Shown in pieces: positions 38,761 to 50,383 of a DNA stretch of 64,000 nt (position 1 is its first letter; the number at the start of each line of letters is the position of its first letter). The position numbers were made by a program, and so were the translations under genes. The stretch is from Eledone cirrhosa. Lineage: Eukaryota. Where the stretch lies: the NCBI GenBank assembly GCA_964016885.1, contig OZ024742.1, positions 51,274,001 to 51,338,000 of the forward strand, in the 5' to 3' direction. Under the pieces are notes generated by a model. It was not told where the DNA came from. It searched no databases and saw only the letters and a list, made by a program, of their open reading frames with translations.

Positions 38761-41311
38761 ATAAGCATATTCATATATGCGTTTGTAAGATTTACAGACT
38801 GAAGCTATTTTAATATAGTATACGTACATATGATGATGTTTAAATTAGAATATAAACAAATAATTTCATTTTATTTATTTCTTCCCATTATAATTTCCTT
38901 ATTTTTCGAAACTTTTTATTATAAAAATAGATACATATCACACACTGTCTATGAAATAATTTAATTTAAATCTGTACAATTTAATAACAAAACATACCTG
39001 TGGGTTATTGTGTCAATAATTCTTCTATAAACTAATAATTTTACAAGAATACCTCAATTTGAATAAATACTTAAGATTCAAAAATTGCCAAGTATTTCTC
39101 AAAAATATATTAATAATTTAGTTGTTTATATTTTAGTTTTCATTTATTGGGATATATGTTTAACGAATGTGAGAAATGTGATTCGTATAGGCAGTTTTTA
39201 TAATATTACATTTTGTCATAAAATTTTAAATTGAAAAGATTACTATTAATAATACAGCATTATTATTAAACCGTGCAATTGTATGAGCAACTTCTATTTC
39301 ACAGAAACCTTCCCATGGCATTTCCTATATCTCTCAGTCACTGAAAAACACTTCCATCCGTTTCAAGGAAAAAGAATACCTTACAACTGTAGTGCGTTCA
39401 TCGTCGATTTCATATAATCTCAACTCGATATGTAATGAACAAATACCTAATTCAGCATAGACTTTATTGTATCATTAGAAATATTTATTATATATTATTT
39501 GATCATTCCAGATTGATATAAATCCGAAACATCTAGACAGAACTTATAGATTTTCAAACATGCTTGCAATCGAATGCCCATCCTTCAATCACGAAAATTT
39601 AGATGGTATGAGTCTTGTCATATTTTCTATTTGTATGTGGACTATTTGGTGTGGAGGGATAATATAATATGGACATATGTTGGGGTGGATCATATATCCT
39701 TCGTTTTAAAGCAGAATTATATTCCAGATAGTATGTTGTAACATATGGATATATGCAAATACAATATGAATTATCTGCCATTCAAATATTCAGCTCATGT
39801 TATATATAAAGAGCTACTGGATAAGAATCGTGAGCTAAACTTGATGTATATATATTTCCTTTTACATAGATATAGAAATTGTGACAGAAATTCATTTTTA
39901 ATTAGATTTACCATTGCCAAACAAACATTTCATATTTACATTTCAATCCTCATGAAAGTTTTCTCGCTTAGAATATTTTGTTTGTTTATAGAACTAAATT
40001 TTGCCTTTTTATTGAAAAAGTGTTGTCTTTAATACAGGCGGATATTTAATTGGAATGCTGGAACGAATCGTTGTTTTTTATAAAGCTAATGCATTTATAT
40101 ATGAGTCGTTTGCAGGGTTTTAATTTCATTATTTTTACATTTTTTTTGTGATAAATTGGAAAATTGTATCAAAAGTGAAATTCTATTCTCACAGATGTTT
40201 CATATATCAATACGTTTGTGTTATTTCCTTAACAATAGTATTGTTTTATTTTATTAATTTCTAGATTGGAAATTTATTGTCTGTAATGATTTCATTCATT
40301 ATAATGGTGACATTTCAATTTGGATAATAATGTTATAAATTTATATTTCTATATAAAAATATGCACGACTATATGTGTATGAATGTGTGTAATCTATCAC
40401 TGAATGGTCTCCATGAAACATTTATAATAATAAAATCAAGGAAATGTTTGTAAGAAAGAAATAGTAATTACTAAAATTACTTTGTTCAAAGATGTTGATA
40501 TTTTCAGATGTGACATGCCTGAATAAATTTGAGAAATATCGACATGCGTCGCTGAACAATCCATTAGCAATGACACAGAACTAAATTCATAAAATTAATT
40601 CACATTTCAAAGCTGTAAACATTTCATATTTTAATTGATTCAAACTTTTTTCTTGGCGCTCAACCATTGATTTGCATTTATAAAATTTAAATATATTTCT
40701 ATTTTTGTAACAATTTTCTTTCATATTACAAGCTTTAAAAAGTAGTTTCACTCATATTTCAATGATCATTTTATTGTAAATATCATATATGTATATCTAC
40801 TCAAACATATTTTAATTTGATAAGTACATTTCAGTTATTAATGTGTGACAATTACTTTTTTTCATTTAAAAATCACTAAGTATTTACAGGTTCAGAGATT
40901 TAAGTATAACACATTCGAATGTTATGAATATCATTAGGATCCTGGATAAAACATGCTTTCTCTAGTTGTAGGACAATGTTTTCGATTTCGAAGAAAAGGC
41001 TTCATTTGTGTTTCATCCTCCGCATATACACATATATACATTTGCTGGAGTCGTCTAAGCAATTTGCATTTGCTATGTCTAACGTTAATAGTTGCATCGA
41101 AGGATTTTTGATGATACTGGCAAAATCAGTTTGACGATAAATTCTTCTATAATACATATAAATTATGTAATTTCTAGAATGCTCAACCGCAATATTTGCC
41201 TGATGAACGCGATTACTCTGTTCAATATATTTTCCGGTATCCCAACAGTATGTAGGGGTAATAATAACAGTATGTTTCATTTATTTGTTTTAAATAGGTG
41301 ATATGAGTAAA

Positions 41312-41640
41312 ACAGCTTGTTACATAATAAGGTTATGTTTCCGAGAGGGGTACATGCCTAGGCGAGTTTCATAGAACTCTGCGGTAGTTGATGGTCAACT
41401 TCCTTCGGACTTGCGCCTGCGCAGACCGGTGAGGGTGAATTGGGACTCACAAGCGAACGGGCGAAGAACTCAAGAGTACACGCTTTGTCCGTTCCCATGT
41501 CGATTTAATTTGGATTGCCTCGGAAACATAACCTTATTATGTAACAAGCTGTCTGATGATGTCACGGCACTGGGCGCACCGAACCGTGTGGCCACTGTTG
41601 TCATTGAAATATGTATCACATCATTATTATTAAAGGACTT
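41312..41640. mobile_element. Small element with a perfect 34-bp inverted repeat abutting a hammerhead motif
   Basis: ACAGCTTGTTACATAATAAGGTTATGTTTCCGAG (41312-41345) is the reverse complement of 41519-41552. The interior is GC-richer than the surroundings. Confidence 0.7.
41548..41622 (+). ncRNA. Type I hammerhead motif
   Basis: GCTGT-CTGATGA-(long imperfect stem II TGTCACGGCA..TGTTGTCA)-TT-GAAAT-ATGT-ATC-ACATC. The cleavage triplet is AUC. Confidence 0.6.
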
Positions 41641-42120
41641 TAACATCTGAAACTACTTCGCTTTCTTATTCGTTACTCCTATGTGGAAAAGTTACGTTGA
41701 GTGCTTGAATTGAATTGCATCAATGTTTACCTTAAGTATATATATATATAATGTATATAGTTATTTTTCTCTGATTGTTTGTGTGTGAGTGCATCTTCTC
41801 GGCGTGACGACGGTAAAAAAATCTGAAATATGCAACATCTTAAGGAAAAGGGAAGGAAAATTACATTGTTAATATCTAAAAATTGCATCTAATTAAATTG
41901 CAAAAATGTCCATGATATTTAAAGTTATGTGACAAAAATATATTTATTATATGAAATAAATAATACTTTATTTAATCTTCAATTTAAATTAATCAAGTGA
42001 ATATGTCTCTTTACTCTTTTCCCTAAAGAATATATGATTGACCTTCATTTTAAAAGTAGTTTGTCGAAGTATGTCACAGGTATAATTAGTCTGTACCATA
42101 TATATGTGCAAAAGAGTGAG

Positions 42121-42157
42121 AGAAAGAGAGAGAGAGAGAGAGAGAGGGAGGGAGAGA

Positions 42158-42230
<73 letters not shown>
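42121..42230. repeat. (GA)n microsatellite
   Basis: AG dinucleotide run. Confidence 0.95.
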
Positions 42231-42237
<7 letters not shown>

Positions 42238-42679
42238 TTATGGATTCGCAAATCCGTTTCCTAATTTTTAATTTTGATTTATTTGAGAGTATGATGATTA
42301 TTATACCATTCTTTATAGTATTGTCAGTTATGATGACCGTTATGTTACTTTATTTTCTATATTGTGATTTTTATATATCATTGTTATATCCCATATAATC
42401 GTCATTATCCTTATCGTAGAAACATTACTAATCATCAGCGCCACAGATGTTATACTTCATGTATGTTTTTATTGAAATCGATATCCTCATCATCGTTCTC
42501 ATAGTAAATATATCCTACACAACCGTTGCTTCAATAAAAAATTTGATAGTTATTACCTAATATGTATTTGTTGCTAACTTTCATAATATTCGGGTTAAAT
42601 CTCGAATTATTTTAACATTCTAATTGCCCGCATTTTTGTAAATAATCCATGGGCTTCATCACAAATATATATGTATGCT

Positions 42680-42751
<72 letters not shown>

Positions 42752-42895
42752 AGGAAGTTATAGTTCACTTGAATCATTGTGTAATGAGGTATAAGCGTGT
42801 GTATATGTATAATAAACCCAAAACAATGCAGGTATTGACATAGAATAAAGAATGCAAATGCAAAACATATTGTTTACCTTAGATTTATTTAAATG

Positions 42896-42932
42896 GCCTT
42901 AATTTTCGAGATAATATCTCTTCTTCGGAGGG
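42896..42932 (-). ncRNA. Possible minimal hammerhead motif (U4C variant) in a TA-flanked PLE-terminal-like fragment
   Basis: Reverse complement: CCCT-CCGAAGA-A-GAGAT(ATT)ATCTC-GAAA-AT-TA-AGG. Confidence 0.45.
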
Positions 42933-45684
42933 AAGTAAAGCGGTTAAACCAGTGTTCTAAATAGCTTGCCAAGTCATGACGTTTATATACATATATATGT
43001 ATATATATAAACCTGAAGTTTTCTGTGTGTGTGTGTGTGGACAATTTTTAATGAGGGCTTATATATTCTAAACCATTCATGTGATTTCTTTGAAATTTTT
43101 TACAGAGCCTCTCCTTGCACAAAACCTGTACATGATATACAAAGGCTTTCAGAAATCGATATTGGCTCCTTTGGAGACATTAACAAGTTTCGGTTATTTA
43201 TGTCAATTTTCGTGATTAATTAAGACAAGAGTTATCTTTCGTCAATACAATAGGAACTCATTTTTGATGTTGTCAGAATTTTGTTTTGGGATTTTGATTA
43301 TTACAATTCGGCTCATTCGGATTTTACTTTACTCTTTGTACTTGAACAAAAGGTTTTACTGTTGTGAAAAAAAATTATACCTAGACTGGATTTCTGTTGT
43401 TACATAGGATAACGGATGACAACGAGTTCACATATTAATTATTTCGTTGGAATAATGCATAAGGTTTTCATGTTTACATAAAGTACGTTTTTCTTCTATG
43501 TATTCACATTTTCTTTGTTTAGTTTAATGAGCTACATCGAAAGCTACTTGAACCGTCCAAAGGCGGGGTACTTTAGCTAGTATACATATTAATATATATA
43601 TATAGTTGTGTGTGTGTGTTAGTACTTCTGTGTAAGAGAGAGAAAGTTAATGTGTTTCAGTTCCTGTGTAAGTATTAGAGTACAAATAAAGTAGAAACAA
43701 ATTACATATTCTTTTGGAATCACCTTGAGCAGTAGAGAACACTGGCCCCGGACGGTGCCATACTGACTAGGCAGTAGATTGCCTCCCATGTTAGATGGAT
43801 TTAAAATGTGGTATATTTACGTTTCAAATTGAGGCTCAACATTTGGTCGCTGCTGTTGTGTAGCAGTATATTTGCGGTTGAAACACCAAATACTATTCTG
43901 TTATCTATATATCTACATAGAATAGTCACGCATTACTGAACTGAAAACAGATTAATTGGCCTGAACATTGAAACAACAGCCAAGCATTGATAATAAAGTG
44001 ATCGGGATGAATGGCACAGTTTTTAATTCCTCTTTTCGAAATTCCTCAAGAAAGCAAATAGGTTGTGTTATGCCGATTTGCACCAAATACTTGACAACAA
44101 TCTTACTACATGCTGATGCTTCTCTGTGATATAAATCAGCATCTAGCGACTGCATCGTATTTTGGGCACTGGTTAGTATTCTAAGGCGTTTCGATACCAC
44201 ATCACCATCGGAGTACACATGTTGCTGTTTTGTGTAATGAAGCTATTGGTCATACACAAAATGGTTGATCGACAGAACGAAGCGATAAAAGTTTCTTGTC
44301 CACTGACCTATTACAGCTGATTACCATAGAGCGTGTGATATATTTAGAGAAAAAATCTGGATATACATTGAAATATATCATCGAACAATTGTGTTCAAAC
44401 GGAGAACATTCGAGACGTTTCAGCTGACAGATGTGAAGATTATTCCAGAAGATTTATATGAAGATTACACTGACGATTTTCTTCGTCGGTAGAATTATTC
44501 GAAAAGCTTCATATTGTAATCAGCAGGTTATAAGTTGGAATAGCAATGGGAGGTAAACCAGTTCGTGCTAACCTTTGAGCTTTGTCCTATGCCCGTGCTT
44601 ATGTCTGGCTGGTACGAAGAAGAATATATTTGATATCGATGGACTATAAAAAATAGATAAATGTATATATAACATTTTTTGTAGTTGGTATCTTTTCGAG
44701 ATTGTTCTAAACTTGTACGTAATCAAAAAGTACGGTTTTTAAACGTGAACGTAATGAATTAATATGTTATTGTATAATGAAGAAGAGAAGATGAATACAC
44801 ACACACTTTTTATAACGGGTATAATGATTATAGTAATGGGCATAATCACCATTATTATTATTATCATGATTATGAAATAAAGATAATCATTATTTTAGTT
44901 GCTGCAAGCTATGATTACTTATGAGGAGTGTGACGTGTATAATGATGATGACAATACAAATTAGTTGGCTTTGTAAATTACCTTTCTCAACAATATTATC
45001 AATTTGATCGGAGAAATATTGACGCACTAAACATGAATATTGATGAGTTGAGTAAAGGTTTACGTTAACGTATATATCTATTGTCAGGCGTTATAACATT
45101 TTAACCTGTGCAGGACAAAGTAATTACATGTAGTATGAAATACAGCATTTCCCTTGTGTATTAGACAATCACCAATCGCACCATTTGAAAACCGTAATTG
45201 CGTTTACTGGAAATAACGGTAACTTTAAAATAATATCAAAAATAATAAGTTGAGAAAACAGTTGCCAGTATAATTTGGTCTTTTAAAGATATAGTGCGGT
45301 TGAGGAAAAACATTAAATGTTACGTCACGTATTGTTCACATTCAAAATTGCCTCGCGTCAATTATTACTATTCTCTTTCTCAATGAGTTCAATATATTTG
45401 AATATCCCTATGGCTATGTAAAATGATCGATATCCAGGGTTACCTTGTGATTGAGTTCATTACATCTATTAACATTAACATTCTAGTTATAAGTTGACGA
45501 GACGAGATGTGTATAAAACCTTGTATTATTTAATGGGAAATTTTATTTATGACCATCAGGAGAATCACAGTGCAAATCAAGGAATACTGTAACAATAATG
45601 AACTAAACTGATAGGCTTCCAATCCAGAAAGCATGGACAATTTAACCATATAACTGTTCTGGTAGGGTTCAGGTTATAAATAAT

Positions 45685-45867
45685 TGTTTCTACTTTTGGC
45701 ACAAGACCAGCAATTATCCCAGTACATTACTGGTACTTTATTTTATCGACCCCGTAAGGATGAAAGGCAGAGTTAACATCGGCGGGATTTGAACTCAGAT
45801 CGTAAAGGGACGTAACTATGCTGGAAAGCATGTCCGACCCTCTGCCGATACTGCCAATTCACCGCCC
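45685..45867 (-). mobile_element. SINE family A, full length, with 17-bp target-site duplication
   Basis: Flanks are TTCAGGTTATAAATAAT (45668-45684) and TTCAGGTTAGAAATAAT (45868-45884). Confidence 0.9.
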
Positions 45868-46564
45868 TTCAGGTTAGAAATAATATGTAATGAGGAGGCA
45901 TAGTCTACCAATAATGTGTTAAAACATGCGGAATGTCAAAACTGTTCTGAAAGAACATATGAAGAAGGCGAGTACTGTTGATATAGGAGAAAATCATGTT
46001 CTTATTTAGTCAAGCCTGCACGAAATATATTATATTTCATATGGATGTTGACGAGAACAAAAATGTTGCTGCCCTTCAGAGAATTTACTAAATAGAAAAA
46101 ATGTGTCTGCAGTTGATGTAATACACCGCTGATAGGTTACTCATAGTCATACTGAGACTGTGTGTGAATATATACATTTCTTTGATTTACATATGGATAT
46201 CTTTCATTTAAGATATTTTCAAATGTATTAAACAAGGGAACAATGTTTAGGGGGGATAAAGAATCCTCACCTTTCCAATGTCACCCAATATCAGTGGATA
46301 ATCTCGAATAATGCATCAATCTGAGATTCATTCCTACCAACGACCTTCAGATCATCATCGACAATTAGAAGATTGATCTTTGGTCCTCTGTTTTCCATAT
46401 GTTAACCAATATATGTATCAGGTAAGACCATTGATAATGGAATCATGGCAATCACAAAGAGCAATGGTAAAAAGGAATCTGCTTCAAATATTATTATTTT
46501 TATATTGACCACACACGGGTGTTTATTTCCTGCATACAGGTTTGTCTTCTACAACGGCATGCTA

Positions 46565-46738
46565 TTGGCAGTATCGGTGGAGGGTAGGACGCCATGCTTT
46601 CCAGCATGTTACGTCCCTTTACGATCTGAGTTCGAATCCCGCCGAGGTTAACTTTGCTTTTCATCCTTACGGTGTCGATAAAATAAAGTACCAGTAATGC
46701 ACTGGGTAATTGCTGGCCTTGTGCCTAAAGTAGAAATA
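46565..46738 (+). mobile_element. SINE family A
   Basis: Matches 46956-47140. Confidence 0.9.
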
Positions 46739-46749
46739 ATTATATTAAT

Positions 46750-46941
46750 AAATGTTTCTACTTTTGGCACAAGGTAAGCAATTAACCCAGTGCATTACTG
46801 GTACTTTATTTTATCGACCCCGTAAGGATGAAAAGCAAAGTTAACCTCGGCGGGATTCGAACTCAGAATGGCAAGGGCCGTAACTCTGTGCGTCAAAGCA
46901 TAGCGTCCGACCCTCTACCGATACTGCCAATCCCCCGCCCT
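46750..46941 (-). mobile_element. SINE family A
   Basis: Reverse-complement copy flanked by ATTATATTAAT. Confidence 0.9.
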
Positions 46942-46955
46942 ATCATTATATTAAT

Positions 46956-47137
46956 TGGTGGATTGGCAGTATCGGTAGAGGGTCGGACGCCATGCTTTCC
47001 AGCATAGTTACGTCCCTTTACGATCTGAGTTCAAATCCCGCCGAGGTTGACTTTGCCTTTCATCCTTACGGGGTCGATAAAATAAAGTACCAGTAATGCA
47101 CTGGGTAATTGCTGGCCTTGTGCCTAAAGTAGAAACA
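46956..47137 (+). mobile_element. SINE family A, full length
   Basis: tRNA-like head (GGCAGTATCGGTAGA..GAGTTCAAATCCC), central GCCTTTCATCCTTACGGGGTCGATAAA and 3' GTGCCTAAAGTAGAAACAATT. Target-site duplication is ATTATATTAAT. Confidence 0.92.
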
Positions 47138-47964
47138 ATTATATTAATAACACTGGCTGCTAACCCAAGCATTCTCAAACATTTCACCACCCTTGAATAT
47201 GAGACCATATAAAATAATTAAAGAGTATCCAAGCCACGCATAATTATTTAGACGTCCGTTGCAGTTATTCATGATCACCTAGTCAACTGCAAGATGGTAT
47301 TTAGTTTTGGTTCCTTGGGGATTTTTCCTTCGCACAGTTATCTTTTCATTCTGACGCAAAGTATCATACATATTTGCAACAAAAATGCCAGTGGTCGGCG
47401 TTGAATGCAAATCCAAGCAAGCAGTTGACCTGTAATCTCCATATAATGGACCTATATTTTTATACTTCATTATCAATGTTGTCTCTCTTTCAACCATCCG
47501 ATTTGGAACTACTTTTACTACACATGTGTTTAGGTGCACCCATCCTTAAATGAACAGCTTTAGAACAATGCCAAACTGGCACTGTCTAAAGTTGTTCTTA
47601 AACTTCCTTGGAAATTCTCTCCCATTTCTCTTTTGTTCATTAGATGCTCAATTTTATTTATCTATCTCGCATCATTGCTCTGCCCTATTTGTAATTCCCA
47701 ATAAATTTGTCCAACATAGTGTGGATTCTTTAGTATTAGGCAACATATATCTGCAACATATTTCTGAACTGAATTACATCACCTTCCAAGCCTATCTTAT
47801 ATCAGACTACTTTACACGTCTTCCTTTCAGTTCGCATAATATCTAATCGCTCGCTCTCCAGAAAACCTACAGCACCAATTAACATTCTCGAGTCTCTGAC
47901 ACCATTTGTTTCTATATACACTATTCCTGGTTTACTTTGGTTGCTTCACTTGTTAAATGACTTC

Positions 47965-48042
<78 letters not shown>

Positions 48043-48181
48043 ACTCTCTATCCCCCCCCTATCTCTCTCTCTCTCTCGCTATATATATATATAGAGAGAT
48101 AGATAGATATATATAGAGAGAGATAGATATATATATATGTAAATAAATATACACGGATGTGTATGATTGTGTATAGAAGAT

Positions 48182-48549
48182 TATATTAATAAATGGAATT
48201 CCAACTTTGTCTGATTAACTCGTTTTATTTACAATCCTTTAAAATTATAGTGATATTATCATGAAATAGTATGGTAGAATATTATATGTTAATTGAACAA
48301 GTACTTTAATGCTTTCGAAATCTTCAGGTTCATATTAAGTGGTGACAATCAAGTTTGCACAGTCGAAAATTGTATAACTTGACTGTCACCACCGAATATG
48401 AACCTGAAGATTGCGAAAGCATGGAAATACTTGTTCAATTAACATTTAATATTATACCATACTATTTCATTATAATATCATTATAATTTTAAAAGATTGT
48501 AAATAAAACGAGTTAATCAGACAAAGTTGGAATTCCTTTTATTAATATA
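48182..48549. mobile_element. Fold-back mini-element (about 178-bp inverted arms) with a shrunken hammerhead-like core in each arm
   Basis: 48182-48360 pairs with 48370-48549. CTGAAGA-TT(G/T)C-GAAAGCAT occurs on both strands. TA-rich flanks. Confidence 0.85.
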
Positions 48550-49814
48550 TATATATATATACATGCAGTAATAATGAATTTGAAGACTAAAATCCAAAGA
48601 TGTGAAAGCAGCGATTCTTTGCTTAAACTTTAATCTGTTATTTTAATAATTATTTATATATATATATTCCGAAGATTCAGCGGCGTCGTATTGAATTCAG
48701 GATCATTAAACAGATTTCTCAATCTTTTGATAATCAATCTTGTTTCGTCCTATTCTTCATTTCTATTTTCATTCACATTTTCATTGTCCTCATGAACAAA
48801 TGTTCCACACTCTCCACATTTAGTAGTTCATCATGTTGTATCTCAACTGCATTTCGGTAGGCTAATTCTACTGCAGTTGATTCATTTTCCTTATAATAAT
48901 AATGAAATTATTGAACAGTGATCAGGGGCACTACAACATGATATATACTTCCCACTTTCCATATTTGCATCGTCTAAATTAACTTCAGCATTAAGACTCA
49001 TACTTTGAACTTCAACTCAGGACCTCTAATTCAACCTTGGTGAGAGCATTACACCTAGTTTTCTTTTTCTCGTATCGAATTGTTCACAGTGATTCCAAGC
49101 AATCCAAATCTTTTCCGGTGTTCAAGCATCCGTTGACACATGTGCTCTTCCCTCATTTGGAAAATGTCAAACTTGATTGCAATTTTATTATCTTCTTCGC
49201 TCCTTTTCATTCTATATTGCGTCGTTTTACGTTTCTATGGCTATACACTTTGGTTTATTTTGGAATACCGCTGCATGACGAAGACCTGTGAACGCCTGTA
49301 CCCTCTGAGGTGAGCTACAAACAGCTCCACTCGCATTACACTTGCCCTGCCCGACAGTGTCACCTGTTTCTGCCTTCAAGATACTCCCATCTAGAATACC
49401 ACACTAATAGTAGTTAGAATTCATATTTCTGCTCTGTATCCTTGTAACTATGCTGGTGTTGGTGGCGGTGCTTCCGGTGGTGTGGTTGAGAAAGTTGTTG
49501 TTTGAAAGGGTTACTTCTTGTAAAATGTTCCTATGGTATGATCAGTGATAGTAGTAGTATGGGTGCCATTGCAGCTGTTTTTAGTTTTGTTTTGCCCTGT
49601 TAAAGATCAGATGTTCTAGTCTATAAACAGAGTGGTGCCGGGTTTTCCTTTCACATTATTCTATTTGTCGTTTTTGTCTTCGCCCTAGAAAAATGGATTG
49701 GCAAATCGTCGTTATCGTAATTAATATGGTTACTTTATGAGATGTTGCTGATTTTAATGTTTGTGGTTGTTATCAGTTTATGTTCTATAGCCTTACATGA
49801 GGGATTGGCAAGTT

Positions 49815-49915
49815 TCTGTGTTATCATCTCCCTTAACATCCTCCGGGGAAACGCCTTCTCCATTCTGTCCGCCGTGGCCATTGGGAGGCCAGCTCTTGGG
49901 ACCCCATTTGCTCAT
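49815..49915 (+). mobile_element. 3' terminal fragment of the CRE-like family
   Basis: ISLNILRGNAFSILSA; CCTCCGGGGAAACGCCTTCTCCATTCTGTCCGCCG is the reverse complement of about 8498-8533. Confidence 0.75.
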
Positions 49916-50349
49916 AATACAGGGAGATGAGGAGGGCAACATAGATGGGGGCGATGGTAGTGGCAGTTCGGCTCTTCCGTGTTCGTACCTGGTGTGCGGT
50001 GTCAGGTGTTCGTAGGGAGGTAGTGGTTTGTACTTAGCGAAGGTTTTAGAACCTTATGTTTGCAATTATGAGGTGACTATATCTACATTAAGCGAGATGA
50101 ACCTATCTTTTTCTCTCTCACACACAATGAAACAGTCATCCAGTATCTTTTTCAGTTTTCTGGATATACATGTATACACAAGAAACACACACACAGAGAC
50201 ACACACACACGCACACACACACACACACACCCATATATATATATATATGTGTGTGTGTATATATATATGAATATATATACATATATGTGTGTGTGTGTGT
50301 ATATTTATATGAATATATATATGTGTGTGCGTGTATATATATATGAATA

Positions 50350-50383
<34 letters not shown>

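Noticed and set aside
47280-49400. Old LINE coding remnants around the 48.2-kb hairpin
   Set aside because: Only faint motif resemblance; too decayed to call without alignment.
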